Positions 47,995 to 64,000 of a DNA stretch of 64,000 bases are shown piece after piece (the first letter of the stretch is position 1; each line of letters starts with the position of its first letter). Source of the DNA: Macrostomum lignano (Eukaryota); assembly GCA_002269645.1 (NCBI GenBank), contig NIVC01000993.1, positions 95,532 through 159,531 on the forward strand, in the 5' to 3' direction. The translations under genes and the position numbers were made by a program. The notes beneath the pieces were generated by a model that was not told the origin of the DNA, ran no database searches, and was given only the letters and a program-made list of their open reading frames with translations.

Positions 47995-48390
47995 AAAGTG
48001 CCAGAGAAACGCCAGAAAAACCCCAAAGAAGCGCCAGAGAAGAGCCACAAAAGCGCCAGAAATATCCCAGAGAAGCGCCAGAAAGACCCTGAAAAAAGCG
48101 CCAGAGAAGCGTCAAAGAAGCGCCAGAAAAACCCCAAAGAAGCCCCACAGAAGTGCCAGAAAAGCGCCAGAAATATCCCAGAGAAGCGCCAGAGAAGCGC
48201 CAGAGAAGCGCCAGAGAAGCGCCAGAGAAGCGCCAGAGAAGCGCCAGAGAAGCGCCAGAGAAGCGCCAGAGAAGCGCCATAGAAGCGCCAGAGAAGCGCC
48301 AGAGAAGCGCCAGAGAAGCGCCATAGAAGCGCCAGAGAAGCGCCAGAGAAGCGCCAGAGAAGCGCCATAGAAGCGCCAGAGAAGACGCCT
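47995..48390 (+). repeat. 11-bp satellite (GAGAAGCGCCA)n
   Basis: Pure from ~48180, degenerate upstream. Confidence 0.96.
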
Positions 48391-49359
48391 TGATGACGAC
48401 AGGAAAGTGTCATAACTGCGTGGACTAGAGCCACTAAGATGATCTATGTTAATCGCATTCATTTAATGCGGCCCCACCAGTAAGACGCGCCGCCCCAAAA
48501 ACTTATTGACACCTTCAGCCACTTCAGAACTGACGGTCCCAAATCTCGGGGGCTGGCACTCTTTAGTCGCCACCCATTCAGGCGTGAAAGGAACAAGTCG
48601 TATTAAAAATAAGACAGTATACTGTGGCAACACACACAGTTTCCTGCAGGCCCTATTTGAGCACAGAGCACAGACTCAAGCTCTGCAGCACTGGCTAAAT
48701 CACACCCCTCCTTCACACTCTTCTTTCTGACGAGCCACTTATTCGCACAGGGGAAGAATTGGCGATAAATTAAAGAGAAAGAGAGAGCGAAGAGAGACTT
48801 GAAAATGGGGGGAGGTCCGAGCAGTTGACAAAACATTTCTAAACGATGAGTGAGCCGAGACCAGTTGCCACCCAGTGAGGTGAGGGGGGAGACCCTTGAA
48901 AACTCATTGCAGCACCCGGCAGTCTCTATTGCCAGCGAATGAAAAGATTTCAAGAAAAAATAGATAGAAAAGTTGAGTGGAGGGGGTGGCTGCAGACACT
49001 CGCGGGCGCCAGGCTGTCTGGCGGAATTCCTGCAGGCTGCCATGAGCCAAGCTCTAGCCTAAGTTTTTTCTGTGTATTAAGCTCAGCCCAAGCTGCCCCA
49101 GGCTTGCTCAGCATAACTCAGAATCGTAACTTTAGCTCAAGAATATTGAGTTTGATCTAATGAAGCTATTATTGAGTACAAGTATTTAGATTAGAGTTTA
49201 TCTTCTGCTATTTGAAATTTTCGTAAAAATTGACAAGGGTAAGTTTAACTGAAAAATTTAATTAATTTGTTTCTTTATTTAATTCACTTCACTGTACAGT
49301 GCAATTATATAGTTTACTGATATTGGCCACGTCTCAAGTCATCACCTGACCCAGATTGG

Positions 49360-50335
49360 CCCACTGACCCATCACTAATCCTCCTGACCCATCACTAATC
49401 CTCCTGACCCATCGCCGATCGTCCTGACCCATCATCGCCGATCCTCCTGACCCATCATCAATCTCTCTGACCCGTCCCGATCCTCCTGACCCATCACTAA
49501 TCCTCCTGACCCATCGCCGATCCTCCTGACCCATCGCCGATCCTCCTGACCCATCATCGCCGATCCTCCTGACCCATTACTAATCCTCCTGACCCATTAC
49601 TGATCCTCCTGACCCATTACTGATCCTTCTGACTCATTACTGATCCTCCTGACCCATTACTGATCATCCTGACCCATTACTGATCCTCCTGACCCATTGC
49701 TGATCCTCCTGACCCATTACTGATCCTCCTGACCCATTACTGATCCTCCTGACCCATTACTGATCCTCCTGACCCATTACTGATCCTCCTGACCCATTAC
49801 TGATCCTCCTGACCCATTACTGATCCTCCTGACCCATTACTGATCCTCCTGACCCATTGCTGATCCTCCTGACCCATTACTGATCCTCCTGACCCATTGC
49901 TGATCCTCCTGACCCATTACTGATCCTTCTGACCCATTACTGATCCTCCTGACCCATTACTGATCCTCCTGACCCATTACTGATCCTCCTGACCCATTAC
50001 TGATCCTCCTGACCCATTACTGATCCTCCTGACCCATTACTGATCCTCCTGACCCATTACTGATCCTCCTGACCCATTACTGATCCTCCTTACCCATTAC
50101 TGATCCTCCTTACCCATTACTGATCCTCCTGACCCATCATCGATCCTCCTAACCTATCCCGATCCTTCTGACCCATTGATGATCCTTCTGACCCATCATC
50201 AATCCTCCTGACCCATAATCAATCCTTCTGACTTATCATCAATCCTCCTGACCCATCATCAATCCTCCTGACCCATTTCCGATTCTGCTAACCCACCATA
50301 AATCCTCCTGACCCATGCGTGATCCTCCTGACCCA
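49360..50335 (+). repeat. 20-bp minisatellite
   Basis: (TGATCCTCCTGACCCATTAC)n with degenerate flanks. Confidence 0.97.
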
Positions 50336-51199
50336 GGAAAGCATTCAGTTTGATCACTCAGATTGAGCAGGCAACTTCGAGCACACTCTAGATTCCTCCC
50401 AGAGTGGCGACTCAACTCCCCAGTGAAGCGCACAGACTCTTAGTTGCCAACTCAAAGCCAAATTGCATCTGTATAAACACAGCATACTGGCACACACGCA
50501 CGCATCAATGGTAGAATCCTTGGCTTTGGCCACTGTTTGCTGTGTGTCAGAAATTCAAATCGAATGACGGGGAGGGGTGGGGGGAGATGCATGCACGTTC
50601 GTGATGAGGCATGGCCGTCTGGCTCAACAAGTCTCTGTTTCAAACGGCGCGCCGTTCCCTCGTGCAAGTTGCGCAAGGTCAGGACGTGTTTTTGTTGTCC
50701 ATGCAACTCGCTACGTCCCCGTGCGACAGTGTTGCAGAACTTGGAGCCTCTTCAATGGCTTGGGTTTGTTGGCCTTCATGCATTTGGGTCTGAGGACATT
50801 GATCGGCACGATTGCATTGCTATAACTCCATTTATAAGTGGCCTGTCTGTGTTTGTATTTGAGCAGAGACTGCTCAGACCTTTTCTTCTTGTATTGCATG
50901 GGTCCGGTTCCTCCAACATGCATGCGGTAGCAAGCTGGCGTAGAAACCAAGTCTGAGAGATTATAGTTAACAGTTTATTAGATCCGATGCAAAGAATCTG
51001 TCTTATTTAGAGCAGATTAAAAGAATTACCTGCTAATTAAAGTAGCGGGTTTTATTCATCAGCTGAAACCGACTGCTCTTCAAGATTTTTTTGTTGGTTT
51101 ATAGTAAGGTTTCTTATCGATAGAAACGAAAATCTACTTAGGAAAAAGTAGTATAGAGCGAGACATGTTCTGCAGTATATAGGAATTAATGCTTGGGAT

Positions 51200-51890
51200 G
51201 GGGAGAGAGGCAGATCAGGAGAGGGGAGAGAGGCAGATCAGGAGAGGGGAAAGAGGCAGGTCAGGAGAGGGGAAAGAGGCAGATCAGGAGAGGGGAAAGA
51301 GGCAGGTCAGGAGAGGGGAAAGAGGCAGGTCAGGAGAGGGGAGAGAGGCAGATCAGGAGAGGGGAGAGAGGCAGGTCAGGAGAGGGGAAAGAGGCAGATC
51401 AGGAGAGGGGAAAGAGGCAGGTCAGGAGAGGGGAGAGAGGCAGATCAGGAGAGGGGAAAGAGGCAGGTCAGGAGAGGGGAGAGAGGCAGGTCAGGAGAGG
51501 GGAGAGAGGCAGATCAGGAGAGGGGAGAGAGGCAGATCAGGAGAGGGGAAAGAGGCAGGTCAGGAGAGGGGAAAGAGGCAGATCAGGAGAGGGGAGAGAG
51601 GCAGATCAGGAGAGGGGAGAGAGGCAGGTCAGGAGAGGGGAGAGAGGCAGATCAGGAGAGGGGAGAGAGGCAGATCAGGAGAGGGGAAAGAGGCAGGTCA
51701 GGAGAGGGAAAGAGGCAGATCAGGAGAGGGGAGAGAGGCAGATCAGGAGAGGGGAAAGAGGCAGATCAGGAGAGGGGAAAGAGGCAGATCAGGAGAGGGG
51801 AGAGAGGCAGGTCAGGAGAGGGGAAAGAGGCAGATCAGGAGAGGGGAGAGAGGCAGATCAGGAGAGGGGAAAGAGGCAGCTCAGGAGAGA
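51200..51890 (+). repeat. 23-bp purine-rich minisatellite
   Basis: (GGAGAGGGGARAGAGGCAGRTCA)n. Confidence 0.97.
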
Positions 51891-52334
51891 CGGAGGTCAA
51901 GAAAGAGAATCCGGGAGGTCGGGGGGCTCAAGTGTTCGTAGGCTGGGCCTTGAGCAGAATAATTAATAAAAAGACTGCTCCCACAATTCTCCTCGATCCT
52001 TATTCTTGTGCGCTGCAGGATGGCTAACAGGGGATTTACTGTCCTCACCCAACTCTCCCAATGCATGCAGAGTTGAAGAGGATAATTTTCCCCGGGCAGA
52101 GAGACGGTCGTGCCAGACGGTCAGTTTAGCTAATTTTGCCGCGGTACAGCTCCCGTCCATGAGCCTCTCCTTTCCAGCGCTGTGAGAACTTCGATTCTGT
52201 ACATCCCCCAGCCCTTTTTCGCCGTTGCAGATTTTGGTCGACTTTTTTCACCAACTCTCTGCATTTACCAGCTATTCCGCGTGTCTTTATTGTTTGTCTT
52301 TTCTGCTTTTTAAACTGATTTCCTGTCTAGGGAT

Positions 52335-53320
52335 CCCTTTTCCGCTCATTTTCCTCCCTTTTCCGCTCATTTTCCTCCCTTTTCCGCTCATTTTCCTCCC
52401 TTTTCCGCTCATTTTCCTCCCTTTTCCGCTCATTTTCCTCCCTTTTCCGCCCCTTCTCCTCCCTTTTCCGCTCCTTCTTATCCCTTTCCCGCTCCTTCTT
52501 ATCCCTTTTCCGCTCCTTCTTATCCCTTTTCCGCCCCTTCTCTTCCCTTTTCCGCTCATTTTCCTCCCTTTCCGCTCCTTCTCCTCCCTCTTCCGCCCCT
52601 TCTCCTCCCTTTTCTGCCCCTTCTCCTCCCTTTTCCGCTCCTTCTTATCCCTTTCCCGCTCCTTCTTATCCCTTTTCCGCTCCTTCTTATCCCTTTTCCG
52701 CCCCTTCTCTTCCCTTTTCCGCTCATTTTCCTCCCTTTTCCGCTCCTTCTCCTCCCTCTTCCGCCCCTTCTCCTCCCTTTTCTGCCCCTTCTCCTCCCTC
52801 TTCCGCTCCTTCTTCTCCCTCTTCCGCCCCTTCTCTTCCCTTTTCCGCTCATTTTCCTCCCTTTTCCGCTCATTTTCCTCCCTTTTCCGCTCATTTTCCT
52901 CCCTTTTCCGCTCATTTTCCTCCCTTTTCCGCCCCTTCTCCTCCCTTTTCCGCTCCTTCTTATCCCTTTCCCGCTCCTTCTTATCCCTTTTCCGCTCCTT
53001 CTTATCCCTTTTCCGCCCCTTCTCTTCCCTTTTCCGCTCATTTTCCTCCCTTTCCGCTCCTTCTCCTCCCTCTTCCGCCCCTTCTCCTCCCTTTTCTGCC
53101 CCTTCTCCTCCCTCTTCCGCTCCTTCTCCTCCCTCTTCCGCCCCTTCTCCTCCCTTTTCCGCTCATTTTCCTCCCTTTTCCGCTCATTTTCCTCCCTTTT
53201 CCGCCCCTTCTCCTCCCTTTTCCGCTCCTTCTTATCCCTTTCCCGCTCCTTCTTATCCCTTTTCCGCTCCTTCTTATCCCTTTTCCGCTCCTTCTCCTCC
53301 TTTTCCGCTCCTTCTCTGCT
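52335..53320 (+). repeat. 21-bp pyrimidine-rich minisatellite
   Basis: (CCCTTTTCCGCTCATTTTCCT)n and variants. Confidence 0.97.
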
Positions 53321-53879
53321 TCCCTCTCGTTCGTGCAGTGAAAAGACGGCGATCGTAGTTTAAAGCCATCCCTTTTGATCCTGTCTATACAAGACTTTGC
53401 TAGCTATAATAACGCTTCATAGGCATACTTTTACGTAACAATAATAGCTTTGAAAGTTGTTCAGTCGTCATATGGACCTGTCTAATTAATGCCTTTGATA
53501 AAATGAAGCATAAAAGTCAGCCAATTGCAGTCAAGCAGAACTCAACTATTTTGAGTTTCTCTGCCATTATATAGCAGAATTATTTATTAAGTCGCAGTCA
53601 CTATGGTACACCATAAGAAAGCACGTGTCTCTATCTAGTCAACTGTATGGTCTGAGAGCTAAAATTATATAAGTGCTAATTATCAATTGTCCATTGGTTT
53701 CGGAAGGCTTCAAACTAGTCTGACTTTTGACTTTCATCTATATATCTTTATGTTTTTTGTCTTTTCACCGATATCAGCTGTTTGGCATTAGAAACCAAGG
53801 CTACCCACCTCGAACGATGAACGAATTCTAGTGAATATGTCACTGTTTCTAATCCTATTCACCAACGTCTTTAATCTAT

Positions 53880-54520
53880 GATTATTTCACCACTTTCTCT
53901 AATCTGTTCACCAATTTCTCTAATCTGTTCACCAATTTCTCTAATCTGTTCACCAATTTCTCTAATCTGTTCACTAGTTCCCCAAATCGATTCACCAATT
54001 CCCCTAATTTATTCACAAACCCCTAATCTATTCACCAACCCCTAATATTCACCAACCCCTAATCTATTCACCAACCCCTAATCTACTCACTAACCCCTAA
54101 TCTATTCACCAACCCCTAATATATTCACCAAACCCTAATCTATTCACCAATCCCCTTAAGCTGTTCTCGGACCCTCATCGATCTGTTCACCAATCCCCCT
54201 TAAGCTGTTCACGGACCCTCATCGATCTGTTCACCAATCCCCCTTAAGCTGTTCACGGACCCTCATCGATCTGTTCACCAATCCCCCTTAAGCTGTTCAC
54301 GGACCCTCATCGATCTGTTCACCAATCCCCCTTAAGCTGTTCACGGACCCTCATCGATCTGTTCACCAATCCCCCTTAAGCTGTTCACGGACCCTCATCG
54401 ATCTGTTCACCAATCCCCCTTAAGCTGTTCACGGACCCTCATCGATCTGTTCACCAATCCCCCTTAAGCTGTTCACGGACCCTCATCGATCTGTTCACCA
54501 ATTACCCTCATCGATTCACC
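53880..54520 (+). repeat. Minisatellite going from ~19-22-bp monomers to a 44-bp dimer
   Basis: CTAATCTRTTCACCAA units, then (ATCTGTTCACCAATCCCCCTTAAGCTGTTCACGGACCCTCATCG)n. Confidence 0.93.
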
Positions 54521-54809
54521 AATGCCTCTAATCTGCTCACTAATATCCCTAAGCTACTTACCAATTTCCCAAATGCATTCTCCGATTCCCAACTTCACTC
54601 ACCAATCTTTAGTTCATTCACCAATTTTCTCCATAACTGAGTCAAAAATTTTTGCATTCTGTTTGCCATTAATATTGTTTTGTAATTTGCTAATTTTCAT
54701 GATTTCTAATTTGTTATCGAAGTTATGGTTAGCAAAAAATAATGTTTTAATTCTCTCTAAAACTCTCTCTTTTTCTCTTTGAAGATCAACTAAAGTTAGA
54801 ATTTTTATT

Positions 54810-55500
54810 TTTCTAATCCCTCCCCACCTCCCTGCCCCACCTTTACCGGACCAGTTCCGGGATGCCTAGCCGCCCGCTCCCCCAGAGCCCCGTTGCAACA
54901 GGGGCAGTGAGCGGTCCGCCTCTCATTGGTTGCGGCCTCTGATTGGGTGAGGGGAGGGAAGCCTCCCCGGAGCGGGGAAGCGCCAGCCCTTCTCTTCCCA
55001 AAGCCCCGGGTGCCCCGGCAGTGCAGATCCCCCCTCAAGACAGCTCTCCTCTCCTCGCACTTCGCCTCGATAATTTAAGAAAGAAGGATTTGTTAGTTCG
55101 TGCCTCGGCAAAGATTTCGGGTCCGTCAGAGCGCAAAAGAGAAGTTGAGCCTTCAATTCTAACTCCCCTCAAACCGGTCGCTCAATCTCATCCTTCCACC
55201 AACGAGGGACAGGGGGCCAATCTTGAAAACTTTGCCCAAAATCTCGGATATCTCCTTCCTGCAGCGCAAACTGCAGTCCGTGCCCGCCTCTCCCGTCTGA
55301 CTGCTCGCCCTCCCCCCCCCCTATAAGCAGCTCCGTGACCCTGCACGAATTCGTCCTTAGCAACCCGTCAAGCCGGTGCAGCAGACCGCCTGCAAGCAAG
55401 GCACGGCAAGTAAAGTGAAGTAAGTACCATCCATGGCGACTCGCTCATTCACGGAGCTCATCAGACAGCTCGTGCACGCGCGCGTGTGACAAAACCCAGT
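54810..55500 (+). promoter_or_regulatory. GC-rich putative promoter / 5' UTR region of sim
   Basis: CpG-rich unique sequence with two ATTGG (reverse CCAAT) boxes at ~54925-54945 and a GTAAGT donor-like site at ~55420. Confidence 0.35.
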
Positions 55501-55709
55501 TTTTTTTGGGGGGGGGGGGTCCCCTTTAAGGAGGCCCCCTCTTCAAGATTCTAAAATAGGCATTCTAGAGGTTGGCTAAAGGTTGCTGGTAGTCACGGAC
55601 TCAATTCAATCTCTCTCGCTGGTGGCATATATAGGCGAGTTGAGTTTGAGTAGATAATAGGAGACAAAACAATTTTGAAAATTTTGGCATACCTTTGGCA
55701 TTTCCGTAA

Positions 55710-63394
<7,685 letters not shown>

Positions 63395-63429
63395 GTGAGA
63401 AAGAGAGATGCTTGATGGGCGGGGAGAGA

Positions 63430-63900
63430 GAGATAGATATGGATAGAGACAGATAGAGTTGGATAAAGACGGATAGATATGGCTATATATGGCTAGATAT
63501 GGCTAGATATGGATAGATATGGATAGATATGGATAGATATGGATAGATATGGATAGATATGGACAGATATGGATAGATATGGATAGATATGGACAGATAT
63601 GGACAGATATGCTAGATATGGATAGATATGGACAGATGTGGATAGATATGGATAGATATGGACAGATATGGATAGATATGGATAGATGTGGATAGATATG
63701 GATAGATATGGATAGATATGGATAGATATGGATAGATATGGATAGATATGGATAGATATGGACAGATATGGATAGATATGGACAGATGTGGATAGATATG
63801 GATAGATATGGACAGATATGGACAGATATGGATAGATATGGACAGATATGGACAGATATGGATAGAGACGGATAGAGACGGATAGAGACGGATAAAGATG
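63430..63900 (+). repeat. (GGATAGATAT)n 10-bp satellite in sim intron 3
   Basis: Direct reading; GGACAG variants present. Confidence 0.97.
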
Positions 63901-64000
63901 TCAGATAGAAACGGGACACCGAGCAAGATAACCAGGCGATGGAATGAGATGACATTGAAGGTCAAGCAGACGCGAACAGATCAACAGCAGCAGACTAAGA

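Noticed and set aside
41902-53358. Numerous 100-417-aa ORFs (41902, 42827, 45880, 46020, 47946, 51189, 51193, 52225, 52556)
   Set aside because: All are periodic translations of tandem repeats.

Overview
Eukaryotic (metazoan) genomic DNA with GT-AG introns and the standard genetic code. The species cannot be fixed from sequence alone; GC-rich exons with minisatellite-stuffed introns fit an invertebrate such as a free-living flatworm. Region 1-14.7 kb is a nested transposon complex. A foldback-like element has long inverted arms (1-~2450 and ~12645-14707, possibly extending beyond the window). Its left arm holds a 735-bp hAT-type MITE. Its spacer holds a four-exon HMG-box-like gene with one nonsense codon and a full-length 9.3-kb Ty3/Gypsy LTR retrotransposon (PBS, TSD, GGGAAAC frameshift site, extra ORF downstream of pol). 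Region 14.7-19 kb is AT-rich decayed sequence. Region 19.3-38.4 kb is a co-oriented + strand cluster: STEEP1, a 74-aa membrane protein, Hikeshi, PDHA (pyruvate dehydrogenase E1 alpha) and TXNDC17. Region 39-54.5 kb is mostly mini/microsatellites, one carried inside a hAT-type MITE. Region 55.8-63.4 kb holds the first three coding exons of single-minded (sim). Repeats throughout show CpG->TpG/CpA and also CpA/TpG->TpA changes, a RIP-like signature. Coordinates and counts were read by eye; repeat boundaries are approximate, and protein identities come from recalled motifs, not database searches.
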